A DNA stretch of 62,979 nucleotides, counting the filler, from Saprolegnia diclina VS20 (Eukaryota): the NCBI RefSeq assembly GCF_000281045.1. It is 8 parts of 3 records of this genome, joined end to end, with 100 filler letters (N's around TTAATTAATTAA, not from the genome) between each part and the next. Parts side by side here need not be neighbours in the genome. Positions count along the whole stretch, not along the records: positions 35,254 to 45,245 come from NW_008246073.1; positions 45,346 to 51,313 come from NW_008246073.1; 6 more parts are not named here. The stretch is one strand, 5' to 3'. The notes under the pieces were generated by a model that searched no databases, was not told the origin of the DNA, and saw nothing but the letters and a program-made list of their open reading frames with translations. The position numbers were made by a program, and so were the translations under genes. Shown here one piece after another: positions 35,933 through 47,972 of the stretch; within the stretch, counting starts at the first letter, position 1; each line of letters opens with the position of its first letter.

Positions 35933-37966
35933 CTAAATGCCATGAAAGTTCTCCTCTAAAGTGTTGATGATCTCTGGTACCGTGGGGCGGTCGCTCGGAG
36001 CCTCCGCCATGCACTGGACCGCCAGCTCGCGAAACCACAGAGGACAATCGTCCCGAAGCGCGGGACGCAGACCGGATCGGACTTGATTCCATAGCGCATA
36101 GGGGCTTTCGTAACCAACGTTTACGTACGGGACCTCGCCCGTGTTGGCATCGAGCTCCGTGAGGAGGATGCCAAACGCATAGACGTCCGAGGCGTAGGAC
36201 GGTACGGATGCTGGGAGGCCCGTGAGCTCGGGGGCCATGTACTGTACGGTGCCTTTCATTTGGGATTCCCGATCGGGCACTTCGTGCTCACTGATGCCAA
36301 AGTCGGCGAGCTTGACGCGGTCTTCTTCATCGAGGAGAACATTGTCAGGCTTGAGGTCGCAGTAGACAACCTTCTGAGAGTGCAGGAAGGATACGCCTTT
36401 GGCGACATCCAGAGCGATGCGGACCTTTTGCGCAAGAAAGAGCATGCTCTCCAGTTCCAAGCGCTGGCGCAAGTTCATGGACATGGACTCTAGAACCAAC
36501 GCGACGCGCTGATCGTTCGGGTTGATGTCGACGTGTCGAAGCTCCACAATATGGTCGGAGCGAAGGCTACCACAGCACCTAAGCACCTACGCTATTCCAT
36601 TTCTATGATATACCTTGAGAGTAGTCGGATTTCCGTCCAAATCGACGGGTCGCTGACATTGCTAAACTCCTTGACAGCCACGTTCCGACCGTTGAACGTG
36701 CCCCGGTACACTTCGCCAGAGACACCAGCACCAAAACTATCGTCGTAGTGCACGTCCAAGATGCTGCGAGTCTCGAGCGCCATCGCAATGTCGGTGTAGT
36801 CACGCCGGAGTGCAATCATGAGCGGCGTGTTCTTCTAATGACATCGTTCCACGTTGTACAAGTCCATCAAGAGGTGCAGACGAGTCGTACGTTTCTGTCA
36901 GGTAGCTCCTTGTCGGCGCCATTTCCAAGCAAAAGTTCGACGATGTCGAGGGCGCGCAGTCGCACAGCGGCCAATAGCGGCGACTCGTCGCCCTGTACCG
37001 GACGTCAACAGATCACTCACATACCCAAAAGGTATACCATGGTGGTGGTCTGGTTGACGTTGATGCGGCTTTGGTGCAAGAGCAGCTCGACCGTGGCCAT
37101 GCTGCGCCGCTGCACGGCTTTGAACAGGAGACATTCGCCCATCTATATTCGCTCGTCAGATTTGTTTGTCGATTGTGGAGGCGACCTTGTTTGTCGTCGT
37201 CGGGTCAACGCCTTGCGCCATGAAGAATTCCAGGGCCGCCACGTTGTCGCGCTGGACGGCCTCAAAGACGCACGGTTGCGCCTACAGACATGGAATGAAT
37301 TTGGAGCCATCGATTGAGAAGGGATACCGGCACGAGGTCCCACATGTGTGGCGTGATGCCGCTCTTTGTCAGGTTGGGATTCAAGAGAACTTGCAGAAAT
37401 GCGACCGTGTACGGCGGTCCCACGAGCCGCATCGCGACGGTTGGCAGCGACAGACTACGCAATCGTGAGCTCAAACGTAGCAAAATATGTTGCATTTTTC
37501 AATTTGTACAGGTCCTAGAAAACCACATCAAAACACGACATTGCGAGTCGCTCAAAGTACCTGATTGCACGCTTGGGTGACGTCAAAGCCAAAGCGCAAA
37601 AGGAGCTCCAAGATCCCGCGCTGCTGATCGTGCAGCGCGCGGATCTCGAGTGCCAATGTGGCTTGGCTGAGTTCTGTTCTCGCCTCAATCGCGCGACAGC
37701 CGGCAGCGACTGCGTGGAGCGCCGCATGCACGAGCGTATACGTATACTGGCTCGACTTCTTGTCCTAAGTTCCTATTGTCGCGCGTCGTGGGCATATATC
37801 GCGGTCGTACGGGGTCGGCAACATGGACGTTGCTTGTAGCCAAGAACCGGGCGACGCCGACGTAATCGCCAAGCTCGATGGCCTCGAAAGCGGCTCTCTA
37901 GACACGCATGAGGTTGTGATGGACGCTGCAGCACCGACGCACCTCGGCGTCGGTCAACGATGGCAT
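35933..37966 (-). CDS. Ankyrin-repeat + non-RD kinase gene C (class II); the only member with an intact catalytic set
   Basis: FGAGVSGEVYRG, VAVKE, alphaC TEIRLL, YCDLKPDN, ADFG, GTVQYMAPE; N-terminal exons mirror gene F. Confidence 0.82.
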
Positions 37967-38863
37967 GGCGAGGTGGCAGCTGACGCGTGATTATTCGCAA
38001 TCAAGTATACTTAGCCTACTGCAACCACTCGAAAGTATTTTAAACCGCCAGGTTGTGCGACCAAAGGCAAAGCCAAAATGGACCCCGCGTCTGCGGCCAT
38101 TCGCGCAGTCAAAGCGCTCGACTGCCATGCCCTACTAGAGCTGCTCGAGAAGCACCCGGCGTTGGTGCGAGAGGTCTCTCTTCGGTACTACTTGACATGT
38201 CGATTGACTTGGTGACGATAGAAAGAAGGCCACACGCTCCTCGAGGTCGCGCTGCTCGCTGCGATCGACCGCCTTCCCGTGTCCGAAGAGGCTGTCTACG
38301 TCATTACGTCGCTTCTGCAGCGCCAGCCAGACGTCAATGTCTCCTCCGTACGACCCAACCATGCGAAACCGCTTCACAGTCGTGTAGGACGGCCGCACAC
38401 CGCTGCACTTGGCCTGCTGTATCCAGCACGAGGGCATTGTGAACATGCTTCTGTACGCCGGTGCAGATGCTAACGCCACCTACCAGTACGGACCGTGGCG
38501 ACAAGTTTCAATATATGATCTCTGCGTAGAGGTGACACTCCGCTCCACGTCGCGGTCAAACTCGGGTCGATCGAGATCATGCAACTGCTCGTCGAGACGA
38601 ACGCGGTCAACGTGAACGCAACCGACAAGGTCATCGTCGTCGGCAACGACCCGTCGCCTCATGCGTTCCTATGTAGCATGGCCTGACGCCACTCCACTAC
38701 GCCGTCAAGATGGGCAAGCAGGAACTCATCGCCAACCTTCTCACCAGCGGTGCCCATCCAGCCGATGCGGTAGACTTTTGGCATGTGCATGTGATGCATT
38801 GTCCAAACGCAAACGTGTGCGTAGGATGCGGTCAGGGCGTTGGCGCCAAGCGTGAACGCGAAG
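36743..38863. repeat. Left arm of a 2121-bp inverted repeat (partner 41326-43446)
   Basis: Position x maps to 80189-x; six-frame ORFs in this arm recur with identical translations on the opposite strand; both boundaries checked base by base. Confidence 0.95.
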
Positions 38864-39966
38864 ATGGGTGAACTCGTAACCGAGTCAGCTACTCCTGGCG
38901 TCAACCCCACAAACATCTGCGGCGTACGATACTGGTCAACTTACCGGAGAATGAACATGACGGCGTATGTAGGGTCTTTCGGCTATTGACTTTGCCGCAA
39001 GCAGTGGGACCATAGTGAGTGTGGAGGATACCACCGTCAGTCAGTCGCGCGAAATCACAGCAAAGTTGGCGATTGCTGCCGGCTACAAACGCTCCTACTC
39101 GCGCAGTGTCAATCCCAACCATGGCGCAGGTCGCTTTGGTAATGTGAAGCTTGATGTTGTCAATGGTGAAATTGTGGAAAAGCCACCGCTGCGCACTTTG
39201 AACAATGAGCTTTGCGCCTTCTTGACGTACGAAAATCTTCTACAGTTTGTGGCATTGATAAAAATTCTGTAGCGCCAAGTCTGAGTACATCGTGGAGATG
39301 CGCAAAGTTGAATTTTTGCCGACTGGGCAATGTCAGCTCTTTCTCGAGTACATGAACGACGGGACTCTCCGCGACCACATGAAGAATTCCAACAAACTCG
39401 ACAAAGTCAAGATTGCTCTCGCCATTGCGCGAGGGCTCAGCGCACTGCACAAGCCAAAGAACCAACAACCCAATGGTATTGCCCAATGGTCGCTGGTCCA
39501 CGCCAATCTCAAGCCCGAGAATGTGCTCTTCAACGAGCAAGGTGAAATCAAGCTCGCAGGACTCGACCTTTGTTGTGTCGAATCCACGGTCGTGTCGCGT
39601 GACCGCCACTCGGTGGATCCTTACGTCGCCCCCGAAGTCAAGACCACGACCAAGATTTCCACGGCCGCCGACATATACGCCTTGGGGGTCGTCCTTTCCG
39701 AGATGGACATGAGCGAACCTGCTCGGAAAGGCAACGGAACCCACGTGCCCGAGTTGCGCTCCGACTGTGCCGAGTGGTACCGCGAACTCGTCCAGTGGTG
39801 CGTCGCCAAAGAGCCTCACAACCGCCCCAAAATCTCCGACGTCATCCACATTCTGGAAAACCCATCGATAGAATCGTTGAGAGATGTCGGCGCCGAGCAC
39901 CTTGCCCGAGTCAAAGCACATGCTGCGTTGCAGAAAATGTCGGAGTTGCCGTTGAAGTACCAGTAA
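38078..39966 (+). CDS. Ankyrin-repeat + pseudokinase gene D (class I)
   Basis: MDPASAAIRAVKALD (homologous to gene A N-terminus), GRTPLHLACCIQHEGIVNMLLYAGADAN; kinase has HANLKPEN and KLAGLDL, so both HRD and DFG are lost. Confidence 0.82.
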
Positions 39967-40327
39967 GACCGACACTTGTACTAGTACCTGCAAGACAGTA
40001 AATTGGCACAAATACCACGATTATTGGGGTGACACAAGCCCAACAAAGCCAACTTGCTCTGAAACCAGTTTCGTTTTGTGATGGTAGCATCCAGGATAGA
40101 TAAATTCGTCACGTATACAAGGACTCGCAGTCACGCAGGTGCGCAGCAACACACGCAGCATTTCAGGCGCACTGCTGTCGACTCACTTGAAAAAAGGACA
40201 CACACAACATGTTGAGCGCGTCGGCCTTAATACATTGTATTTCAATCGCAATAACATACATGTTCTAGAGCTCGAGAGCTGGCAAAAGTAGCAGTTTCGA
40301 CATACCCGGTTAAACGAAAAAATGCAT

Positions 40328-42111
40328 TCATCTTTGACAATGGAGTGTCTCCATCGATGGGTTTTCCAAAATCTGGATGACGTCGGAGATTTTGGGGCGG
40401 TCTTCCGGTTCCTTGGTGACGCACCACTGGACGAGTTCGCGGTACCACTCGGCGCAGTCGGAGCGCAACTTGGGCACGTACTCGCCTCGTCTCGCCTTCT
40501 CGTCGCTGCCTCGGGGCGCCGGGGCGCGCATGTCCATCTCGGCGAGAATGACACCAAACGCATAAATGTCGGCGGACGCCAAAAGCTTGGCGCCTTCAAA
40601 GAGCTCCGGCGCGACATAGTGCTCGGTCGAAAGGTCGATGTGCGTCAAAATTGCAGACTCGACGCGGCAAAGACCAAAGTCGGCGAGCTTGATCTGGCCT
40701 CTCTTGTTGAAATACACGTTGTCGAGCTTGAGGCTGCCATGGACCACATTCCAACCTTGTCCCTTTGGCTCATGCAGCGCCTGGAGCCCTCGTGCAATGG
40801 CAAGAGCGACTTTGAGAACGTCGATGTTGGGATTCCTCAGGTGGCTACGGAGAGTGCCACCGTCCATGTATTCGAGGAAGAGCTGCCACTGGCCGCCGGT
40901 TGGCGACCGTTTGATCTTGCGGACTCCAACAATGTACTTGGAGTTGGTGCTATACAAAAACATGATAATTGACACAAGACGTCGTGTCGTACCTCAAGAG
41001 GGCGCGCAGCTCAGACATCAAGTTGGGCGAAGACGCGAAGAGGGTCTTCACAACAACAGTTTCACCATCCAACACATCAAGCTTGGCAGCGCCAAAGCGA
41101 CCTGTGCCAAGGCTAGGGTTGACACCGCGGTTGGAGCGCTTATTGACGGCAGCGATCGCAGGCTTCACTGTGGTTCCGCACAATCCGCGTGCCGCAAAGT
41201 CAGTAGCCGAAAGACCCTACATACGCCGTCATGTTCATTCTCCGGTAAGTTGACCAGCATCGTACGCCGCAGATGTTCGAGGCGTCGACACCGCGCTCTA
41301 GAAGCTCCTGAACAAGATATGCGCGCTTCGCGTTCACGCTTGGCGCCAACGCCCTGACCGCATCCTACGCACACGTTTGCGTTTGGACAATGCATCACAT
41401 GCACATGCCAAAAGTCTACCGCATCGGCTGGATGGGCACCGCTGGTGAGAAGGTTGGCGATGAGTTCCTGCTTGCCCATCTTGACGGCGTAGTGGAGTGG
41501 CGTCAGGCCATGCTACATAGGAACGCATGAGGCGACGGGTCGTTGCCGACGACGATGACCTTGTCGGTTGCGTTCACGTTGACCGCGTTCGTCTCGACGA
41601 GCAGTTGCATGATCTCGATCGACCCGAGTTTGACCGCGACGTGGAGCGGAGTGTCACCTCTACGCAGAGATCATATATTGAAACTTGTCGCCACGGTCCG
41701 TACTGGTAGGTGGCGTTAGCATCTGCACCGGCGTACAGAAGCATGTTCACAATGCCCTCGTGCTGGATACAGCAGGCCAAGTGCAGCGGTGTGCGGCCGT
41801 CCTACACGACTGTGAAGCGGTTTCGCATGGTTGGGTCGTACGGAGGAGACATTGACGTCTGGCTGGCGCTGCAGAAGCGACGTAATGACGTAGACAGCCT
41901 CTTCGGACACGGGAAGGCGGTCGATCGCAGCGAGCAGCGCGACCTCGAGGAGCGTGTGGCCTTCTTTCTATCGTCACCAAGTCAATCGACATGTCAAGTA
42001 GTACCGAAGAGAGACCTCTCGCACCAACGCCGGGTGCTTCTCGAGCAGCTCTAGTAGGGCATGGCAGTCGAGCGCTTTGACTGCGCGAATGGCCGCAGAC
42101 GCGGGGTCCAT
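40328..42111 (-). CDS. Ankyrin-repeat + pseudokinase gene E (class I)
   Basis: ANK part identical to gene D; kinase LGTGRFG, VVVK, HGSLKLDN, ADFG, YVAPE. Confidence 0.82.
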
Positions 42112-43446
42112 TTTGGCTTTGCCTTTGGTCGCACAACCTGGCGGTTTAAAATACTTTCGAGTGGTTGCAGTAGGCTAAGTATACTTGATTGCGAATAATC
42201 ACGCGTCAGCTGCCACCTCGCCATGCCATCGTTGACCGACGCCGAGGTGCGTCGGTGCTGCAGCGTCCATCACAACCTCATGCGTGTCTAGAGAGCCGCT
42301 TTCGAGGCCATCGAGCTTGGCGATTACGTCGGCGTCGCCCGGTTCTTGGCTACAAGCAACGTCCATGTTGCCGACCCCGTACGACCGCGATATATGCCCA
42401 CGACGCGCGACAATAGGAACTTAGGACAAGAAGTCGAGCCAGTATACGTATACGCTCGTGCATGCGGCGCTCCACGCAGTCGCTGCCGGCTGTCGCGCGA
42501 TTGAGGCGAGAACAGAACTCAGCCAAGCCACATTGGCACTCGAGATCCGCGCGCTGCACGATCAGCAGCGCGGGATCTTGGAGCTCCTTTTGCGCTTTGG
42601 CTTTGACGTCACCCAAGCGTGCAATCAGGTACTTTGAGCGACTCGCAATGTCGTGTTTTGATGTGGTTTTCTAGGACCTGTACAAATTGAAAAATGCAAC
42701 ATATTTTGCTACGTTTGAGCTCACGATTGCGTAGTCTGTCGCTGCCAACCGTCGCGATGCGGCTCGTGGGACCGCCGTACACGGTCGCATTTCTGCAAGT
42801 TCTCTTGAATCCCAACCTGACAAAGAGCGGCATCACGCCACACATGTGGGACCTCGTGCCGGTATCCCTTCTCAATCGATGGCTCCAAATTCATTCCATG
42901 TCTGTAGGCGCAACCGTGCGTCTTTGAGGCCGTCCAGCGCGACAACGTGGCGGCCCTGGAATTCTTCATGGCGCAAGGCGTTGACCCGACGACGACAAAC
43001 AAGGTCGCCTCCACAATCGACAAACAAATCTGACGAGCGAATATAGATGGGCGAATGTCTCCTGTTCAAAGCCGTGCAGCGGCGCAGCATGGCCACGGTC
43101 GAGCTGCTCTTGCACCAAAGCCGCATCAACGTCAACCAGACCACCACCATGGTATACCTTTTGGGTATGTGAGTGATCTGTTGACGTCCGGTACAGGGCG
43201 ACGAGTCGCCGCTATTGGCCGCTGTGCGACTGCGCGCCCTCGACATCGTCGAACTTTTGCTTGGAAATGGCGCCGACAAGGAGCTACCTGACAGAAACGT
43301 ACGACTCGTCTGCACCTCTTGATGGACTTGTACAACGTGGAACGATGTCATTAGAAGAACACGCCGCTCATGATTGCACTCCGGCGTGACTACACCGACA
43401 TTGCGATGGCGCTCGAGACTCGCAGCATCTTGGACGTGCACTACGA
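41326..43446. repeat. Right arm of the 2121-bp inverted repeat
   Basis: Reverse complement of 36743-38863. Confidence 0.95.
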
Positions 43447-44289
43447 TGACAAAGTGGTCGTCTTCCACGATTACTGTATCGGGAGTGGCTCGCGTAGCAT
43501 CGTGTTCCGGGGCTCGTTCAATGGTCGCTACGTGGCTGTCAAGGAATCCCGCCGCGTTTACGACGTTTCGATGTGGATCGAACTGCAATTATATTTGACG
43601 AGGTATTTTGCCAAACATTCGCCTGTTGATTTGCTTCTTTGACATGTACTAGACTCCGGTCCGAGCACATTGTCAAGTTGCTGCACATCGACTTCAACCA
43701 GAAAGAGCGGCGGGTCGCGTTGGTCCTGGAGCTCATGGCCATGAACTTGTGTGAGCTCTTGGGGCAAGAAGCCAAGCTGTCGCTTGCGCAAAAGGTCCGC
43801 ATCGCCCTCGATGTCGTTCAAGGGGTCGCCAGCCTGCACGAAAAGAAAATTTTGCATTGCAATCTCAAGTCGAGAAACGTCCTTATTGACGACAATGGCC
43901 GCGCCAAGGTCGGAGGTTTTGCTTGCAGTACAAGCCAGCAGAGCGCGAGTGACGCCGACGAGTATCAGGGCACACTGTGGTACATGGCGCCCGAGCTCCT
44001 GACGTACCCACCTGCTGCCCCTTCCGAGGCGTCGGACGTCTATGCATTTGGCATCCTCCTCACAGAGCTCGATGCCAACACGGGCGAGGTCCCGTACGGA
44101 AACGTTGGTTACGAAAGCCCCTTTGCGCTTCCGAATCAAGTCCGATCCGGTCTGCGTCCCGCCCTCCAAGACGATTGCCCTCCATGGTTCCGCGAGCTGG
44201 CGGTCCAGTGCATGGCGGAGGTTCCGAGCGACCGCCCCAATGTGTCGACGATCATTGACACTTTAAAGAAGAAATTATGCGATATATAA
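42223..44289 (+). CDS. Ankyrin-repeat + pseudokinase gene F (class II)
   Basis: ANK exons GECLLFKAVQRRSMATVELLL and GDESPLLAAVRLRALDIVELLLGNGAD; kinase IGSGSRS, VAVK, HCNLKSRN, KVGGFA (DFG lost), GTLWYMAPE. Confidence 0.82.
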
Positions 44290-45345
44290 ATGACAATACT
44301 ACTGTAGTACGTTAGTAGATTGTAAAGACGATAGGACGCAGCTCATCAAGGGCGCTGCGTGGACGACACCACCATTTCATACCAACACGTGCTCTTAACC
44401 TGAGTTGTGGTGGTCAAAGATGGAAACAACAAAATTTGACGTTCTCGACACTATGATTCATCCGTAAATTTAATCGTGCTACGTCGAGCTGCTGAGTGCA
44501 CGGAGCGAACGGGCAAAGTGTGGACTGACCCACACGATAGAGACAAGCGCAGTAGAGGCTACCATAGTCTGTTGGAATGCGAAGACGACGACTCTCTATG
44601 CCAATGGGTCGGGATGTCAGACGATGAGTCGATCGACAGAACACCGGCGGGAGCATGTGGGAATGGCCACTGTTGGCTTTGATCCAGTTTTCGAGTGTTT
44701 CGGGCAGAAAAACAATGCAATGCGGATTCAAATGAGCATCCCTGGCTTGCAACCGGACTGGATTCGAACTTTCGAGCCCACGATCCAGGGTTAGGTGTTT
44801 TGACGTTCAGACCGCAACCCTATGTGATTGTTTGTGTTGGCAAATTCTGGTCGCTCCTCACGCTATCCTGCGCTCTCACACGCATGCCATTGAGATGTCG
44901 TACGAGTAGTAGATAGTTAAGGTTGCAGCTCCACTTGGCCTCGGTCAATTCTGCTACCGTATGTACATGTAAGCGTTGTCCCTCGATTTTTCGGCAGAGC
45001 AGATCCAGAGATTCCATAAATTCTTCAAAATATTGACCGTCTTTCGGAACGTAGTCGTTTAACATGGGATAGAGTCCTCTTACTTATTGCTTCGTCGCCA
45101 AGCAGATACCGTTGATGTGGCGATTTCATCGTGGCCACGCATTTGATCCTGTTGACATCATCAACAGGCGCTTTAATGTGTGAATTGCCATTTCCCACGC
45201 CGTTTGCAGCTTGCACACATGGGTGTTCACGTAAAAACCACCGTGNNNNNNNNNNNNNNNNNNNNNNNNNNNNNNNNNNNNNNNNNNNNTTAATTAATTA
45301 ANNNNNNNNNNNNNNNNNNNNNNNNNNNNNNNNNNNNNNNNNNNN

Positions 45346-45483
45346 CTCCGGCTCCTCGCTCAACACGAGTGGCCGCGCCAGCACCTTGTCCCGCGGATCG
45401 CGCTCCTGCCTCCGCCGGCCCAGATCAAGATCAACACCAGCGCCTACACAACGAAGAAAGTCCGACAATTTTATTTAGCGTAA
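45346..45483 (+). CDS. 3' end of an unidentified gene truncated by a gap
   Basis: Open frame with coding-like GC3, LRLLAQHEWPRQHLVPRIALLPPPAQIKINTSAYTTKKVRQFYLA-stop, followed by an AT-rich 3' region. Confidence 0.4.
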   Translation, partial: LRLLAQHEWPRQHLVPRIALLPPPAQIKINTSAYTTKKVRQFYLA

Positions 45484-45521
45484 ATTTACGTATATTTTAA
45501 TAGAAGACCCACTTCAACAAC

Positions 45522-45586
45522 AACGAAACGCTTCTCACGCGGCCACGGAGTTTGCTATCGCTGTTGCCAGATTGCGAAGCTGTGCG
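45522..45586 (+). repeat. 65-bp direct repeat, second copy at 49585-49649 (2 mismatches)
   Basis: aacgaaacgcttctcacgcggccacggagYttgctatcgctgttgccagattgcgWagctgtgcg. Confidence 0.9.
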
Positions 45587-46559
45587 CATGGGTGCATAAT
45601 AGGGGTGTCACGGTGGGCCTATTTTTATACTTATCTAAAACAGTGTTGCGGGGGAAACTGTGAGGTGGGTCTGAGGAATCATATTAATAATAATAGAATG
45701 ACTTTCAACATTTTATGAAGAGCTGCGATCTTCACGGTCACGGCCAGTTCCATGGCGCTAGCAGACGCAGGAAGCATCGCTGCCTTGCACAAATGGCACC
45801 ATTCGACGCGCAATGATCGTCTCTACGGGCTAATGTATTATAATATTTTTATAAGCAGTGGTCTAGGAGTTATTCCAGGAAACGTTGCCGACTAGTACTG
45901 AACAAGATTTTGAGTGAGCATCTTGAGGCATCGAGTTGGCGAGCATCCGGGGGCTGCCGGAGGATGGGCTTTCGACAGCAAGTGCATTAGATCAATGAGA
46001 GTGTACAGTCGGAAGGGAATTTTTCTGTCTTGGTCGTCTTAAGCACCTCACGAGCACCTTCGAGCAATCGCCTTTGGGAGGGCCGACATGGAAAAAGGAT
46101 GACAATCGAGTCACCCGTCTCAAACCAACTCTATCCAGGACTCGCTCGTAACATATGTTGTGTGTTGCATGGTGTCCGCACCAGTTATGACCGCCTCGGC
46201 GACCGCAGCAGTAATTGGTACATGGAGATGAATGTCAGAGGGAAATATTGGCAATTAGCTAACACTATTCAAGTCCTCTGGCGAAGCACTTGCGACGTGA
46301 CATCGACACCATGCGACCACGACTCGGCGAACAACTCCGCCAGCTCATGTACCTCGTACCGCGCGACATTGTCCTCCATCTGGAGGCCGTTGTAGCGAAC
46401 TTGCCATGTGATAGCAACGTCTTCCGTGTGCGAGAAAACTTGGCCCATGACAAAGTCCGCAGACTGGGTTCATCGTCGTTGTCGAATTCGAACTCGCGAT
46501 GGAGCGTCCAGCCGTAGCAGAGGGCCGGGTGCTCCACTAGTAGCGGGATGAGGTAGGCG

Positions 46560-47972
46560 ACCTGTAAGAAGCCTCCAGATGCCGCGGAACGGGGACGACC
46601 GCTCGTCTGGCGGATAGCAATGTTGGTCATGGCAACCTCGAGGTCGAGATCACCACGCAACGCTTGCGCGGCGCCACAAAGGAAGCACAGCACTTTCGTA
46701 TAGTAGTTCTTGAAGTCGCAGCAGTACTTTCTATGCACTCGCTTCATCTACGTGGAATCAATAAAAACGGACAGGAAATGACAAAATGACGAACCTGCTC
46801 AAGGGTCCATCCACAGCGAGCAACAGCGGGTTCGAGGACCTCGTCCGACTTGATGTCGACCTTGTGCAAGGACTCGAGTTCGATGATCCGTGACGCCGCC
46901 GAGGTTGCCAAACAGACTCTTCGTGTACCTACGTCACATCATAAATTGGTAGATTCGAGTGCGCGATCGCAGTGCCAAGTACTTCTTAACGCGCTTGGCC
47001 GTGACAGCGATTTGGTTGATGTTGCGGTTCTGGAGACAAAACGTAGATGCATTCATGACGTAGCCCGTGACAACGCCAGGCCGGTTCTTGTCGTAGAGAG
47101 CAGCGTAGTTGCCCTGGACCGCCACAATAGCGGCCGCGGTGGCAAACGTTTCACCGAGCAAGTTGCCAGAGCACACGTTACCCATGCTGGCCACCGTGGG
47201 AACAGCCCCGTCGCTAACGGCCACATCGCGAGCGTTTGTCGGTGGGGCGACACGGCTACGACGAAGCGGCATCGCGACAATCTCTGCAAAAAATGAAGTC
47301 TAGATAATAATACAAGGAAAATACGCACTGTAAAAGAGTCGTTGAGAACTACTAGTACAGCGGTAGCAGCATTCGTGGCGACCGTGACCTTGATACTGCA
47401 GTGGTGCGACGTGATCGGGTTCTGGTTGGGCACCACGCCGGCGCTACCGCTTGCCGTAACAAACCACCGCTCCCATCGGAATCGCCGCACAGATGCTCTC
47501 AAACCAAGCAGCGTACAAGTCGTGACCGTCACGACGCAAAGCCGTGACGACGAGTACTCAGAGAGCTGCGTGCTGCTGGGGACTCCGAGCAAGATGAAGC
47601 GTAAAAGACGTTTTCAAATGTCGCTGCTGTTGACAGTCGCCAAGCCACTTTGCGCGCGTTGCGCTGCACATGAGGCCAGCAATTGAGGAGGATAGCGTCG
47701 GGCCGAACGGACCGGAACGCATTCGCGATCGCGTGCGTGTGGTCGAGCGAGGCAAATAGGGCGATGAGCTCGGTGACCAGCACGTGTTGGGCAAACTGCC
47801 GTACCACGGAGCGGACACCAGGGTAGACACCGAGCTTAGTGAACGCAAATCCAGTCGAGAAGACACGCGCCGTGTTGACACCGGGGCGGCGGCAGGCACC
47901 GAGGCGGCGGTAGACAACTCGTCCAGCGTTACAGCAGTCGCTACATCCGCGAAGCAGTGGTCGCGCTCGCAT
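46560..47972 (-). mobile_element. Degenerate Mutator-like (MULE) DDE transposase with SWIM-like remnant
   Basis: SLDHTHAIANAFRSVRPDAILLNCWPHVQRN fits the MULE D..AI.NA...P...CxxH pattern; WFVTASG..GVVPNQNPITSHH (third acidic residue altered); YCCDFKNYY..LC; spread over several frames. Confidence 0.7.

Noticed and set aside
44300..45245. Protein-like minus-strand fragments (e.g. YVPKDGQYFEEFMESLDLLCRKIE)
   Set aside because: Possibly a decayed gene, but broken and unidentifiable without a search
45599..45612. TAGGGGTGTCA resembling a hAT terminal inverted repeat
   Set aside because: No matching inverted partner found in the window
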